A stretch of DNA of 64,000 nucleotides from an uncultured Verrucomicrobiae bacterium (GCA_963801815.1 CAWDGJ010000009.1:35898-99897); one strand, 5' to 3'. Shown: positions 1 through 11,719, numbered from the stretch's first letter. Notes: generated by a model from the letters alone, not told the origin. Translations and numbers: made by a program.

Positions 1-87
1 ACCGTCACCACGCCTTTCGTGACGATTGCCACAGGCAATTGCCCGAAGTCGCGTGATTTCTATTTTCGAGCCAATTTGTAAGTCGCA

Positions 88-1008
88 ATGGCCGTTAAAA
101 TTCTCATTGGAACGGCAAGCTGGTCCGATCCAGGATTTGTTGAGCGTTGGTATCCAAAAAAAATGCCGGCGCATGAACGCCTGGCCTGGTACGCGCAGCA
201 TTTCGAAATGGTCGAGGTCAATTCGACCTTCTACTCGGTGCCGGATGCGCGAACGGTGGAGCGCTGGTGCACTGCCACTCCGAATGGATTCACGTTCGAT
301 GTGAAACTGCATCAGCTTTTCTCGTTTCATTCGACTCAGGCTAAACTTCTACCGCGCGAGTTGCAGAGCGTCGCGGAGACCGATTCGAAAGGGAAAGTGA
401 ATGTTTCTCCCGCACTGCGCGACGAGATGCTCGAGTTTTTTCTTCGACCGATGTCGATCCTGCGCTCCTCGGGCAAGCTCGGCGTTCTTTTGTTGCAGCT
501 TTCACCGGCATTCTCGCCGCGAAAACATGAGCTCGCCGAGCTCGAGCCAGTGACGGAGAGACTGGCCAAATTCTCGCTGGCGATTGAATTCCGAAATCGC
601 GACTGGGTTGTTGGCGATCAACTAAAATCGACAATGGGTTTCTTGCGCGAGCGTAACGTGACATTTGTGAACGTCGATACACCAGGCGCGGATCACTTCT
701 CGATTATTCCGCCCGAGTTGAATGAGATCACCAATCCGAAAGTCAGCTATCTGCGACTTCACGGACGGAACGCTAAGGCGTACCTGACCGGTAAGACTAT
801 CGCCTCGCGATTCGATTACGATTATTCGGAAGACGAAATCAACGAAGTCGCGGAGCGAAGCCGCGAACTTGCACGGGGAGCGAAGGAATTACACGTGGTG
901 TTCAATAACAACAACCTCGACTACGCTCCGCGGGCCGCGATTCGGCTGCGAAAAGCACTGGGCCAAAAGGTGGCTGCGCCATTGGCGCAGACACCGGAAT
1001 TATTTTAG
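88..1008 (+). CDS. DUF72 family protein
   Basis: 306 aa; IGTASW, VEVNSTFY, LQLSP, EFRNRDW, YLRLHGRN, YDYS motifs typical of DUF72. Confidence 0.85.
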   Translation: MAVKILIGTASWSDPGFVERWYPKKMPAHERLAWYAQHFEMVEVNSTFYSVPDARTVERWCTATPNGFTFDVKLHQLFSFHSTQAKLLPRELQSVAETDSKGKVNVSPALRDEMLEFFLRPMSILRSSGKLGVLLLQLSPAFSPRKHELAELEPVTERLAKFSLAIEFRNRDWVVGDQLKSTMGFLRERNVTFVNVDTPGADHFSIIPPELNEITNPKVSYLRLHGRNAKAYLTGKTIASRFDYDYSEDEINEVAERSRELARGAKELHVVFNNNNLDYAPRAAIRLRKALGQKVAAPLAQTPELF

Positions 1009-1021
1009 GTTAGACTCGCGC

Positions 1022-1546
1022 GTGGCCGAGTCATCAACAGTTCACCAGGCGAGCGCGGGACCACCTTTGCCCACGTGGCTGGAACGAAAGAAAAAATGGT
1101 TGGCCGACCATCACATGACGCTGGTAACGATAGCCGACACCCCGCATTCCATTGCGCTCGGATCGGCGATTGGAATCTTTTTTGGATTTACGCCGTTGTG
1201 GAGCCTTAAGACATTACTTTCGATCGTGGTGGCCTGGGTCTGTCGATGTAACAAAATCGCCGCCGCGATTGCAGTCACCCTGCACGACGTCCTGATTTTC
1301 GTGATGCCGGCGGTTTATTTTGCCGAATACAAACTTGGCCTCTGGACCCTCCACCGGCCCGTGCCGATGCACCGAATTCGATTTCACTTTGGATTGCACG
1401 ATTACCTGAACGGGGCGGTGTTCTCGCGCCTTGTCTGGCCGGCGCTTATCGGCTCTTTGTTCCTGGCGATTCCATCCGCAGTCATCGTCTATTTCGTGAT
1501 GCGACTGCTGATTAGTCGGGCGAGATCACCTCAGTCGACGACCTAG
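1022..1546 (+). CDS. DUF2062 family membrane protein
   Basis: GTG start inferred at 1022; TPHSIALGSAIGIFFGFTP motif and several hydrophobic helices. Confidence 0.75.
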   Translation: MAESSTVHQASAGPPLPTWLERKKKWLADHHMTLVTIADTPHSIALGSAIGIFFGFTPLWSLKTLLSIVVAWVCRCNKIAAAIAVTLHDVLIFVMPAVYFAEYKLGLWTLHRPVPMHRIRFHFGLHDYLNGAVFSRLVWPALIGSLFLAIPSAVIVYFVMRLLISRARSPQSTT

Positions 1547-1666
1547 CGCCAAGACCTGCACCGTCGCTGGTTTTTCTGCGTCGAACGGCATGAGAGTTGC
1601 ATCACTTAGCGCGAAAACGGCTGCCTTGTGCCTTGAATTAAGGCCCGTGCGCCAGCCCTAAATGAT

Positions 1667-2353
1667 ATGAAATCTCTCATCGCTATCGCTTCCAGCATCG
1701 TCCTTTGTTCATGTGCGGACATGTATGTCACCCAAACTCAGGTGTCCACGCCCGGTGGTCACAGCGTGGCAGCCATCGATGCCAAGGACTACGGCTCCAA
1801 AGGGGTCCATATGATCACCAACTGCGGGGTCGGCGCCGCCAATCCGCATGCGATCTATATTAGACCGTTCTGCGTGGACACAGCTGTGTTCGAAGGCGAC
1901 GAAGCGTTAAGCGATGGTGAAATGCCGATTCGCAAAGCGCTTGCTCCAGTGGAGTTTGCCAATGATTTGAAGGAGCAAATGGAAAAAATTGCGCCCGCCA
2001 GGATCCTGAAAGACAGCGAATCGCCGCGGACCGGCTGGCTGGTTACCGGCCAGTTTACCCTGATTAACGGCGGGGATCCTTATGCCCGGTTCTTTCTCGG
2101 TACATTTGGAGCAGGCCAATCCGTTCTGATTCTCCACGTCCGAGTAACCGATATCGACCGGGGCAGGGTTGTGTATGAATTCGACATGGCCGGTGGAAGC
2201 CGATTCCAAGGGCGTCACGGGACAGTTCGGGCGAGTGGACTTGGCCGAGCAACCCACTTCGACATGGTCAACGCCGCCGAGCGGATTTACATCACGCTGA
2301 GCGCGAATCCATATCGTTACGGCGAACGGGCCAACATCAGCCTGCCTGAATAA
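1667..2353 (+). CDS. putative lipoprotein (DUF4410-like)
   Basis: 228 aa; lipobox-like LCSC after a hydrophobic N-terminus; G..RFFLG.FGAG motif. Confidence 0.55.
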   Translation: MKSLIAIASSIVLCSCADMYVTQTQVSTPGGHSVAAIDAKDYGSKGVHMITNCGVGAANPHAIYIRPFCVDTAVFEGDEALSDGEMPIRKALAPVEFANDLKEQMEKIAPARILKDSESPRTGWLVTGQFTLINGGDPYARFFLGTFGAGQSVLILHVRVTDIDRGRVVYEFDMAGGSRFQGRHGTVRASGLGRATHFDMVNAAERIYITLSANPYRYGERANISLPE

Positions 2354-2378
2354 TTGCGCGATCTTTCGCGTCTGGTGG

Positions 2379-3368
2379 TTGCGAACCAAGCAGCGGCGAT
2401 TACCGTCCTGCCGTTCGAAATCCAAGCCTGTGAGTTTTCCGCGCCGCTTCATCGTTGTCATCGCTGCGTTTTCATTGTTCGCGGGAACCACGCGTTCTGC
2501 GGTTGCAGCTCAAGCCTATATCATCGCCGACGCGCAAACCGGCTACGTTCTTCAGGAATCCAAGTCTAAAGATAAACGACAGATCGGGAGCTTAACCAAG
2601 ATCGCGACCGCGATGGTCGTGCTCGATTGGGCGGAGCACAAAGGCGGAGACCTGAATCAGTTCGTCAGCATCCCGCAGTCCGCTTTTGTCGGCACGCTTG
2701 AAAACAACATTGGTTTTCGACCGGGCGACGATATCGCGCTGCGGGACCTGCTCTACGCCGCACTCGTTCAGTCTGATAACGTCGCGGCTTACACGTTGGG
2801 CAGCTTCGTTGGATCACAGATTCAGGGACCAACTCCGAAGCTGTCGTCGATCGACATTTTTGTCACCCAGATGAACGCGCTGGCGAGACAATTGGCGATG
2901 GAAAAGACGCGATTTGTGAATCCGCACGGCGTCGACACAAACGTCAAGCCGTTACCGTACTCGAGCGCCGAAGATGTCGCGCGACTCACTCGTTACGCAC
3001 TGAACAAAGCGAGTTTTCGGTTTTACGTTTCCCAAAAAGAGCGCCAGATCTCGTGGCGCCGCGACGGCAAAGAACAGGGTTACTTGTTGCGCAACACGAA
3101 CGAACTTCTCGGCACGAATGGAATCGACGGCGTGAAAACCGGCCAGACCGCGCGCGCAGGACAGTGCCTGGTTCTTTCGTCGGTTCGTGAATCTCAGGTT
3201 GTCCAGGAAGGGCAGGGCACTCGAATCTTTCCGCGACGAATTATCGTTGTCTTGCTTGGCAGCAGCAGCCGATTTGCTGAAGGCGGCCAACTGGTCGCCC
3301 AGGGCTGGCAGCTCTACGATCAATGGGCTGCAACGGGTCGCCTTGTGGATCCGAAGAAAATGCTTTGA
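2379..3368 (+). CDS. D-alanyl-D-alanine carboxypeptidase (peptidase S11)
   Basis: SxxK (SLTK), SDN and KTG penicillin-binding motifs; NPHG; start may be further downstream. Confidence 0.85.
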   Translation: MRTKQRRLPSCRSKSKPVSFPRRFIVVIAAFSLFAGTTRSAVAAQAYIIADAQTGYVLQESKSKDKRQIGSLTKIATAMVVLDWAEHKGGDLNQFVSIPQSAFVGTLENNIGFRPGDDIALRDLLYAALVQSDNVAAYTLGSFVGSQIQGPTPKLSSIDIFVTQMNALARQLAMEKTRFVNPHGVDTNVKPLPYSSAEDVARLTRYALNKASFRFYVSQKERQISWRRDGKEQGYLLRNTNELLGTNGIDGVKTGQTARAGQCLVLSSVRESQVVQEGQGTRIFPRRIIVVLLGSSSRFAEGGQLVAQGWQLYDQWAATGRLVDPKKML

Positions 3369-3380
3369 TTAGTCTTCGTT

Positions 3381-4460
3381 ATGAAGACCCGGATTGGCAT
3401 TCTCACCAGCGGCGGGGATTGTCCGGGACTGAACGCGGTGCTTCGCGGCGTCGTGCTCGCTGCGGATAAACTCGGCTGGGAGGTAATCGGATTTCGGGAC
3501 GGCTTCGAAGGATTGCTGCCGCCCGGCGATCACGTAGTGCTCGATCGCAAAAGCACTGAAGGAATCATGGCCCTGGGCGGCACAATTCTTGGCACAACTA
3601 ATCGCGGCCATTTCATCGCCAAGGTCGGTGCGGGTGATCGCGCAATCGTTGCCAACGAAGTAATTGCGCGCGCCAAAACCGTTTTGGACGATCTCCACGT
3701 TAAAGCGCTCATCATTGTCGGCGGCGACGGTTCGATGACAACTGCGATGCAGATGCAGGAGGCGGGGATCAATTGCATTGGCGTGCCGAAAACGATCGAC
3801 AACGATCTTGAGGCCACCGCGATGACCTTCGGATTTGATTCCGCGGTCGCCGAGGTTATGGACGCGCTCGATCGTTTGCACACCACCGCCACCAGCCACA
3901 AACGCGTCATGGTCGTCGAAGTGATGGGGCGTCACGCGGGCTGGATCGCGCTCCACGGCGGCATTGCCGGCGGTGCCGACATCATTTTGATTCCAGAGAT
4001 CCCGTTCGATTACGACAAAATCGCGGGCGCGATCAAGAAACGCGATGCAGCCGGCCGAGCTCGATTCACTCGTCGTCGTGGCGGAGGGCGCGCGACCCAA
4101 AGACGGTCAGCAAATTAAGCGCGACATCGAAGGCGGAGAATTTCGACTCGGTGGAATTGGAGATGTGGTGGCGCGTGAAATTGCCGCACGCACCGGAAAA
4201 GAAACGCGCGCCTGCGTTCTTGGACATTTGCAACGCGGCGGCGCCGCCGACTCCGCTCGATCGCATGCTCGGCACGCGTTTTGGCGTGAAAGCGGTCCAA
4301 CTGGCGAACGAAGGACATTTCGGTTCGATGGTCAGCTACCAAAATTATCAAGTCCGCCACGTTCCGATCGCCGATGCGGTCAATCGGTCTGCGCCTGGTC
4401 CCGCCCCACGGTGAAATGGTCCAGACCGCGCGCGATGTCGATATCTCTTTTGGAGATTAG
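3381..4460 (+). CDS. pfkA: 6-phosphofructokinase (frameshifted in this sequence)
   Basis: [40 protein letters not shown]-terminus ([22 protein letters not shown]) split across three ORF frames. Confidence 0.9.
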
Positions 4461-4461
4461 G

Positions 4462-4592
4462 CTCCAAATCCCAATTCCCAAACCACAGGGAAACGTTTAA
4501 AGAAGAAAAGCCAAAATGTCCCTCCTTTTATCTTTTTTGAATCTTGGAGATTGGTATTTGCTTGGGTTTTGGGGTTTGGAGCCTGGGATTTG
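4462..4592. repeat. intergenic imperfect palindrome built from heptamer-like units
   Basis: left arm ctccaaatcccaattcccaaacc; right arm ttgggttttggggtttggagcctgggatttg. Confidence 0.6.
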
Positions 4593-4607
4593 CGAGCATA
4601 ATTTTCG

Positions 4608-5846
4608 ATGAAAATCATCCTCGCGTACTCTGGCGGTCTCGACACCTCCGTCATTCTGCGGTGGCTCAAGGAAAACTACCGCGCCAACATTGTCGCGTTC
4701 TGCGCTGACATCGGTCAGGAGGAGGAACTTGCCGGTCTCGAAGGAGAAAGCACTCAAAACTGGTGCGTCTAAATGTGTCATCGAAGATCTACAGGAAGAA
4801 TTCGCCCGCGATTTTATTTTTCCGATGTTTCAGGCGGCGGCGATCTACGAGAACCAATATTTTCTTGGAACGAGCATCGCTCGCCCGCTGATCGCGAAAC
4901 GAATGGTCGAGATCGCGCGCGCCGAAAAGGCGGACGCCATCGCCCATGGCGCAACCGGGAAGGGGAACGATCAGGTCCGCTTCGAACTGACGGCCGCAGC
5001 ACTCGCGCCCGAGTTGAAAGTGATCGTGCCGTGGCGGGAAGAACGATTTCGGAAACAATTTCCTGGGCGCAAGGAAATGATTGCGTTCGCGAAGAAAAAC
5101 AGGATCCCAGTCGAGGCGAGTGCAGCGAAACCGTACTCAACGGATCGAAATCTCCTCCACATCAGTTTCGAGAGCGGGGTGCTGGAAGATCCTTGGTTCG
5201 ACGCGAGTTCAAAGAAAATGCGCGAGATGTACAAATTGAGCGTCGCGCCGGAGGACGCGCCCGACGAACCGGAACACGTCGATCTTGTCTTTGAGAACGG
5301 CAATTGCGTCAAAGTTGGAGGGACGACCTCCGTGTCGTCCAAACGACATGAGCCCATTGCAGGTCATGCAAACGTTAAACAAACTCGGCGGCAAACACGG
5401 AATCGGCCGGGTCGATATCGTCGAGAACCGTTTCGTTGGAATGAAAGGGCGCGGCGTTTATGAAACTCCCGGCGGCGCGATTCTGCATTTCGCCCATCGC
5501 CAAATGGAAACGCTGACCATGGACCGCGAAGTCATGCATCTTGCGCGACAGTTTGATCCCAAAGTATAGCGAACTGGTTTACAACGGTTTTTGGTTCTCG
5601 CCCGAGCGCGAAGCGCTTCAAGCGCTCGTCACCGAAACGCAACGCAACGTTACGGGCCTCGTTAGGCTCAAACTTTACAAAGGCAATATCATTGTTGCCG
5701 GCCGCAAAAGTCCGAAGAGTCTCTACGATCCCAAGATCGTTACGATGGAAGGCGAAAAATCGGGCTACAACCAAGACGACGCCACAGGCTTCATTCGACT
5801 GAACGCGTTGCGTCTAAGGGTGCGCTCGTCGCGCGATGAGCTGTGA
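4608..5846 (+). CDS. argG: argininosuccinate synthase (frameshifted in this sequence)
   Basis: ATG at 4608 reads [55 protein letters not shown]; frame breaks near 4740, 5343 and 5540. Confidence 0.92.
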
Positions 5847-5921
5847 CCGTGCCTCGAAGTGACAAATGACCTGTGACCAGCCTTCGCTAGCGCTACGGCT
5901 CGGCAAGCGAGTGACGAGTTG

Positions 5922-5998
5922 CTGTGGTGGCAGGCGTCCTCGCCTGCAGTCTGAATCTCAGAAGAAATGACTCGCAGCCGGGACGGCTGCCTCCACAG
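5922..5998. repeat. REP-like inverted doublet (GTGG family)
   Basis: ctgtggtggcaggcgtcctcgcctgca ... gcagccgggacggctgcctccacag; related copies at ~57383 and ~63530. Confidence 0.7.
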
Positions 5999-6119
5999 AA
6001 GATAAGCGGGCGGTTGATCCCAATTGCCATCGCGGTTCGGTGAACCGCCGCTACCTCTCGTCGGGCGATGTCCTCGCTTGATGTAAGACAAGCGATTGCG
6101 CACTATTCGCTCCACTGAC

Positions 6120-8501
6120 ATGGCCCCCGAGGTCAAAAAAGACATCGAGCTCGAGATCGCGCACGTCCTTTTTATCGACATCGTTGGTTACTCGAAACTC
6201 TCCACCGACGAACAACACGCCAGACTCGCTGAGCTGAACCAAATCGTTCGCGATTCCGAGCAATTCCAAAAAGCTCAAGCGGACAATCGTCTTTTGAAAA
6301 TTCCTACCGGCGATGGGATGGCGCTAGTTTTCTACAAGAGTCCTGAAGAACCCGCCCAGTGTGCATTTGAAATCAGTCGCGCATTAAGAGAACACCCGCG
6401 TCTGCAAATCCGCATGGGCATTCACAGTGGACCGGTCAGCGGGGTGGTGGACGTGACCGAGCGAATGAATGTCGCGGGAGCTGGAATCAACATGGCGCAA
6501 CGGGTGATGGATTGCGGCGACGCCGGCCACATCATGCTCTCCAAACATGTTGCCGACGATCTGGAAGCATACGAACGATGGCGACCGCTTCTGCATGAGC
6601 TTGGCCAGTGCGAAGTAAAACACAGCGTCCGCGTTCATGTAACAAACCTCTACTCGGATGAAATTGGTAATCCGCAGCTGCCGAAAAAGTTTCAAGACCT
6701 AAAGAAACGTCGGGCCCGGGTGCGCTGGGTGAAAGCGGCGATTGGGCTGGTGGTGCTCGTCGGAGTTGTCGCCGGCGCATTTTTCTTTGGTTTACGCAAA
6801 CCGACACGCTCGGCCTTTAGCGCTGTCGGGAAAAGTATCGCCGTGCTGCCATTTGAGAATCGAAGCGAGGAAAAACAGAACGAATACTTCGCCGATGGGG
6901 TGCAGGATGAAATCCTCACGGACCTGGCGAGGATCGCTGACTTGAAAGTGATCAGCCGCACGTCGGTAATGCAGTACAAAACCGCCGTTGCGCGCAATCT
7001 GCGGGAGATCGCGCAGCAACTTGGAGTCGCGAACGTGTTAGAAGGAAGCGTTCAGCGCCTGGGCAATCGCGTGCGCGTTAATGCGCAGTTGATCGACGCG
7101 CGCACCGATACACATCTGTGGGCGCAGACCTACGACCGCGACCTTGCGGACGTCTTTGCCATTCAGAGCGAGATTGCCAAGACAATTGCCGACCAGTTGC
7201 AGGCCAAGCTCTCACCAGCTGAGAAGACTGCGATTGAGCAAAAGCCAACCACCGACCTGATCGCATTCAATCTTTATAGCCAGGCGAAGTCACTCATCCT
7301 AAAGGGAGGGTTCAGCGCGACTGCCGACGTGGAGCTTCGCAAAGCAATTGAGCTCCTGGATGAGGCGGTGAAACGCGACCCCTCATTCTTTGACGCTTAT
7401 TGCCAGCGAGCTTACGCGTACGAATTGCTCTACGCGTCGGACCTCGCTGATCATACTCCGGAACGATTAGCGCTCATTGAGGCTGATCTCCAATCCGCGG
7501 CGCGGCTGCGACCGGATGCTGGCGAAACGCACTTAGCGCGGGCACAATATCTGTATTACGGACGATCCGACTATGCCGGGGCGCTGACCGAATTGCAAAA
7601 TGCCCGCCGAACGTTGCCGAACGATGCGCGTATCTTCGAGCTGACTGGCTACGCTTTGCGCCGGCAAGGCCAATTTCAGGAAGGGCTGCGCCAGCTCCAG
7701 CGCGCAGCGGAGCTGGACCCGCACAACCTGAATATTCTGGGATCAATCGCGATCAGTTACGAACTCATCCCGCGCTATGCTGACGCAATCGCTGCGCTGG
7801 ATCGCTCGCTCAACATTGCACCCGACCAAATCGACGTGCGCGCTAATCGTGGACTCTATTACATCTGCTGGAAAGCCGACACCCGCCCACTTCATGAAAC
7901 AATTGATACAGTCCTCGCGCAGACGCCGGGCACCGTACCAAGCATCGCGGATCTCTGGTTCAATTGCGCGCTAGCTGAACGCGATCCGACTGCGGCCGAG
8001 CGAGCGCTCGTCGCGATCGGCGACAATTATTGTTGGACCGAAGGCGGGATCGTACTGAGCCGCAGTTTTGGCGAAGGGTTGCTGGCGCGGATGATGAAAG
8101 ACGAGGCGAGAGCGCACGCCGCTTTTACCAAGGCTCGACTTGAACAAGAAAAAAGCGTGCAAGCGCATCCCGATTCCGGAGCGCTGCTTTGCGTCCTCGC
8201 CATGATTGACGCAGGCCTTCAACGCAACGAGCTAGCCCTCGAAGAAGGCCGCCGGGCAATCGCGCTTACGCCGGTGGACAAAGACCTGCTCAGGGGCAGC
8301 CGCATCGTTCAATATTTCGCGATCACAGCAGCATGGGCGGGTGACAAGGAGTTAGCCCTGCAGCAGCTGGAGACTGGATTTCGCGCTCCCGAGGCGTCGC
8401 TCATGCTGAGCTACGGTGCACTAAAGCTGCACCCCTTCTGGGACCCGCTCCGCGGCGACCCGCGCTTCGAAAAAATCGTTCAGTCGCTCGCGCCGAAGTA
8501 G
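6120..8501 (+). CDS. class III adenylate/guanylate cyclase-like domain + TM + TolB-like N-terminal domain + TPR repeats
   Basis: LFIDIVGYS, GDG, RMGIHSG, GAGINMAQR; KSIAVLPF, VISRTS, LEGSV; C-terminal LHPFWDPLRGDPRF. Confidence 0.85.
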   Translation: MAPEVKKDIELEIAHVLFIDIVGYSKLSTDEQHARLAELNQIVRDSEQFQKAQADNRLLKIPTGDGMALVFYKSPEEPAQCAFEISRALREHPRLQIRMGIHSGPVSGVVDVTERMNVAGAGINMAQRVMDCGDAGHIMLSKHVADDLEAYERWRPLLHELGQCEVKHSVRVHVTNLYSDEIGNPQLPKKFQDLKKRRARVRWVKAAIGLVVLVGVVAGAFFFGLRKPTRSAFSAVGKSIAVLPFENRSEEKQNEYFADGVQDEILTDLARIADLKVISRTSVMQYKTAVARNLREIAQQLGVANVLEGSVQRLGNRVRVNAQLIDARTDTHLWAQTYDRDLADVFAIQSEIAKTIADQLQAKLSPAEKTAIEQKPTTDLIAFNLYSQAKSLILKGGFSATADVELRKAIELLDEAVKRDPSFFDAYCQRAYAYELLYASDLADHTPERLALIEADLQSAARLRPDAGETHLARAQYLYYGRSDYAGALTELQNARRTLPNDARIFELTGYALRRQGQFQEGLRQLQRAAELDPHNLNILGSIAISYELIPRYADAIAALDRSLNIAPDQIDVRANRGLYYICWKADTRPLHETIDTVLAQTPGTVPSIADLWFNCALAERDPTAAERALVAIGDNYCWTEGGIVLSRSFGEGLLARMMKDEARAHAAFTKARLEQEKSVQAHPDSGALLCVLAMIDAGLQRNELALEEGRRAIALTPVDKDLLRGSRIVQYFAITAAWAGDKELALQQLETGFRAPEASLMLSYGALKLHPFWDPLRGDPRFEKIVQSLAPK

Positions 8502-8511
8502 AAACCCAAGC

Positions 8512-8579
8512 GTTGTAGCGGTGCTTGTGCCAAGCACCGAACTTCATAAATAGGCGCTTGGCACAAGCGCCCCTACAAC
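8512..8579. repeat. GTAG-type REP doublet (family A)
   Basis: gttgtagcggtgcttgtgccaagcaccg ... ggcgcttggcacaagcgcccctacaac; other copies at 33207, 34049 and 62639. Confidence 0.85.
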
Positions 8580-8659
8580 AAGAGCCAACCTTGCGACGGG
8601 GGGTTGTCGATCTTATATTTAGAACACGCGCGGAAAGCGCGGAATCGCGGAGGTAATTT

Positions 8660-9799
8660 ATGGCAACAACCATTGCTGCTCCAAAAAAGAAAGGCGCTCC
8701 GGCCGCGCAGGAAGATTTTCTGCCGCTCGAGGGCACGGATCACATCGAGTTTTATGTCGGCAACGCCAAACAGGCGGCCCATTATTATAAGAGCGTTTTC
8801 GGTTTCCAAAGTCTGGCTTACAGCGGTCCGGAAACTGGCGTCCGGGATCGCGCGAGCTACGCGATTCGCCAAAACAAACTTACGTTTGTCCTTACGACTC
8901 CGCTCAAGATCGACAATCCCATTGCCGATCATGTGGCCAAGCATGGCGACGGAGTGAAAGCGATCGCGCTCAAAGTAAAAGACGCGACCTCGGCCTGGAA
9001 GGAAACAACCAAACGCGGCGGCAAAAGTTATCTCGAACCAAAAACGTTGAAGGACGATCACGGCAAAGTCGTGATCAGTGGCATTCACACTTACGGTGAA
9101 GTCGTGCACTTGTTCGTCGAGCGCGATGATTACACCGGGCCGTTCATGCCGGGATTCGAAAAATGGGATCCCGGTTTTGAAACCAAAGAGATCGGTTTGC
9201 TCTATTGCGACCATTGCGTTGGCAACGTCGGTTGGAACCAGATGAACCCGTGGGTGAAATTTTACGAAGACGTGATGGGCTTCCGAAATATTCTGAGTTT
9301 CGACGACAAAGACATTTCGACCGAGTACTCGGCGCTGATGAGCAAGGTGATGAGCAATGGAAACGGTTTCGTGAAGTTTCCGATCAACGAGCCGGCCGAG
9401 GGCAAAAAGAAATCGCAAGTGGAAGAATATCTCGATTTTTACAATGGCGAAGGCGTGCAGCACGTCGCCATCGCGACCAAGAACATTGTCGTAACAGTGG
9501 AGGAATTGCAGCGACGCGGGCTTCAATTCCTGAATATCCCATCGACTTACTACGATGAATTGCCCGCTCGCGTTGGTCACATCGATGAGGATCTCGAGCC
9601 GTTAAAGCGACTCGGCATTCTGGTCGATCGCGACGACGAAGGTTATCTGCTGCAAATTTTCACTAAACCGGTGGAAGATCGGCCGACGTTGTTTTTCGAA
9701 ATCATTCAGCGCAAAGGCGCGAAAAGTTTCGGCAAGGGAAATTTCAAAGCTCTGTTTGAAGCGTTGGAAAAGGAACAGGAACGCAGGGGTAATTTATGA
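8660..9799 (+). CDS. hppD: 4-hydroxyphenylpyruvate dioxygenase
   Basis: DHIEFYVGNAKQAA, HGDGV, DHCVGNV, KFPINEPA, GVQHVA, LLQIFT, FFEIIQR, FGKGNFKALF. Confidence 0.96.
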   Translation: MATTIAAPKKKGAPAAQEDFLPLEGTDHIEFYVGNAKQAAHYYKSVFGFQSLAYSGPETGVRDRASYAIRQNKLTFVLTTPLKIDNPIADHVAKHGDGVKAIALKVKDATSAWKETTKRGGKSYLEPKTLKDDHGKVVISGIHTYGEVVHLFVERDDYTGPFMPGFEKWDPGFETKEIGLLYCDHCVGNVGWNQMNPWVKFYEDVMGFRNILSFDDKDISTEYSALMSKVMSNGNGFVKFPINEPAEGKKKSQVEEYLDFYNGEGVQHVAIATKNIVVTVEELQRRGLQFLNIPSTYYDELPARVGHIDEDLEPLKRLGILVDRDDEGYLLQIFTKPVEDRPTLFFEIIQRKGAKSFGKGNFKALFEALEKEQERRGNL

Positions 9800-9823
9800 A
9801 CGTATCGCCGTCGCGAAGCGGAA

Positions 9824-9879
9824 TTGTAGGGCAAGCGCCTCGCTTGCCGAGGTTGGCAGGCGGAGCGCCTGCCCTACAA
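9824..9879. repeat. GTAG-type REP doublet
   Basis: ttgtagggcaagcgcctcgcttgcc ... ggcaggcggagcgcctgccctacaa. Confidence 0.75.
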
Positions 9880-9897
9880 GAATCGAGGAGGTAGATC

Positions 9898-11082
9898 ATG
9901 CCGTATTACCAAAGACTTGGCGAAATGCCGAGAAAGCATCACATCTGGTTTCATCGCAACGGTCAGGGACCGGGTTACAAGAACGAGGGAATTTACTACG
10001 AACACGTCGTTACGACCGAAGGGTTCAACGAAGCGTTCTCAATCATGTACCATCTGCGTCCGCCGACGCGCGTGCGGAGCGTGAAGCTGCTCAAATGCGA
10101 GGAGCTCAAGAAAGCGGCCGAGAGTCCACTGCGTCATCATCATTTGAAAACGGCGAACCTGCCACGACGCGGCGATCTCTACAGCGGTCGCGTTCCGATC
10201 TTGTTCAATCAAGACATGACTGCGTGGCGTTGCCGCCCCGAAAAGGACTACGGGCAATTTCAATATTACAAAAACGGTGGCGCCGATGAGATTATCTTCA
10301 TTTTCAAGGGCGCCGGCACGATTGAATCGGTTTTCGGCAAGCAACGTTACCGCACGGAGGATTACATCGTGATTCCGCGCGGAATCACTTACCGCCTGGT
10401 TCCGGACAAAGTTGAGGAGGAAGATTATCTCATTCTCGAATCCACAGGGCCCGTGCGAATTCCGAAGCGCTATCTAAATAGCGAAGGCCAAATCAAAATG
10501 GGCTCGCCGTATTCCGAGCGCGATTTTCACGGCCCGACCGAGTTGAACGTGATCGATGAAGACAAGGACACTGAAATTCTCGTGAAAGACGGTCCGCGCT
10601 GGACGTGCGTGACGATGGCGCACAACCCATTCGATGTCGTCGGCTGGGACGGCTACGTCTATCCATTCACATTCAACGCGCAGGATTTCGAACCGATCAC
10701 CGGCACGGTCCATCAACCGCCGCCGATCCATCAAACCTTCGAAATCCGCGGTTACGTCGTTTGCACGTTTGCACCGCGTTATCTCGATCTCCATCCCGAG
10801 GCGGTGAAAATTCCGTGGGTGCACGACAACGTCGAAGCAGACGAAGTTTTGTTCTACGTGCGTGGAAATTTCGGATCGCGCAAAGGAATCGAGCCGGCGT
10901 CGATCACGTTGCATCCACGTGGGATTCCGCACGGCCCTCATCCGGGAACGATCATGGCGAGCAAGGACGCCACGCGCACCGAAGAACTCGCGGTGATGTT
11001 CGACACTCAACACACGCTTGAGTTAACCGAAGCGGCCGTCGCGATGGATGACGAGAAATATCCGCTGAGCTGGCTCGACTAG
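9898..11082 (+). CDS. hmgA: homogentisate 1,2-dioxygenase
   Basis: [60 protein letters not shown]. Confidence 0.92.
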   Translation: MPYYQRLGEMPRKHHIWFHRNGQGPGYKNEGIYYEHVVTTEGFNEAFSIMYHLRPPTRVRSVKLLKCEELKKAAESPLRHHHLKTANLPRRGDLYSGRVPILFNQDMTAWRCRPEKDYGQFQYYKNGGADEIIFIFKGAGTIESVFGKQRYRTEDYIVIPRGITYRLVPDKVEEEDYLILESTGPVRIPKRYLNSEGQIKMGSPYSERDFHGPTELNVIDEDKDTEILVKDGPRWTCVTMAHNPFDVVGWDGYVYPFTFNAQDFEPITGTVHQPPPIHQTFEIRGYVVCTFAPRYLDLHPEAVKIPWVHDNVEADEVLFYVRGNFGSRKGIEPASITLHPRGIPHGPHPGTIMASKDATRTEELAVMFDTQHTLELTEAAVAMDDEKYPLSWLD

Positions 11083-11083
11083 G

Positions 11084-11719
11084 GTGAATTCATCAGGCAA
11101 CGGCGAAACTGAATTGCAGGCGGCGGAGCGCCGGCTCAGCAAAATACCGCGTTGCGGCGCCGCCCGTATCGCAAAGCTCGAGGAATCATATCTGGCATTG
11201 CTCGAAGCCATCGGCGAGGATCCGCAGCGCGAAGGATTGCTAAGAACGCCAAAGCGTGCGGCCAAGGCGTTCGAGTTTCTAACCAATGGATACCGCCAGG
11301 ATCTGGATAAGATCGTTAATAGCGCAATCTTCAGCTCCGACGCGAGTGAGATCATTTTGGTCAAGGACATTGAGCTTTACTCGATGTGCGAGCATCATCT
11401 CCTTCCTTTCATCGGTCGCGCCCACGTCGCCTACATCCCAAACGGAAAGGTGATCGGTCTGTCCAAAGTTGCGCGAATCGTTGATGTCTTCGCTCGGCGC
11501 CTGCAAATCCAGGAACAGCTGACTGTCCAAATCGCGGACGCGCTCATGAAAACGCTTCACCCGGCCGGGGTCGGCGTGGTCGTCGAGGCGAAGCATCTCT
11601 GCATGATGATGCGCGGCGTGGAAAAGCAGAACTCGGTTATGAAAACGTCCTGCCTGCTCGGGTCGTTCAAGGAAGACGCCCGCACGCGCTCCGAATTTCT
11701 GGCGTTGTTGAAAGAATAG
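11084..11719 (+). CDS. folE: GTP cyclohydrolase I
   Basis: [43 protein letters not shown]. Confidence 0.96.
   Translation: MNSSGNGETELQAAERRLSKIPRCGAARIAKLEESYLALLEAIGEDPQREGLLRTPKRAAKAFEFLTNGYRQDLDKIVNSAIFSSDASEIILVKDIELYSMCEHHLLPFIGRAHVAYIPNGKVIGLSKVARIVDVFARRLQIQEQLTVQIADALMKTLHPAGVGVVVEAKHLCMMMRGVEKQNSVMKTSCLLGSFKEDARTRSEFLALLKE

Noticed and set aside
3381..5846. Programmed ribosomal frameshifting in pfkA/argG
   Set aside because: Multiple breaks per gene without slippery heptamers; the pattern fits sequencing indels.
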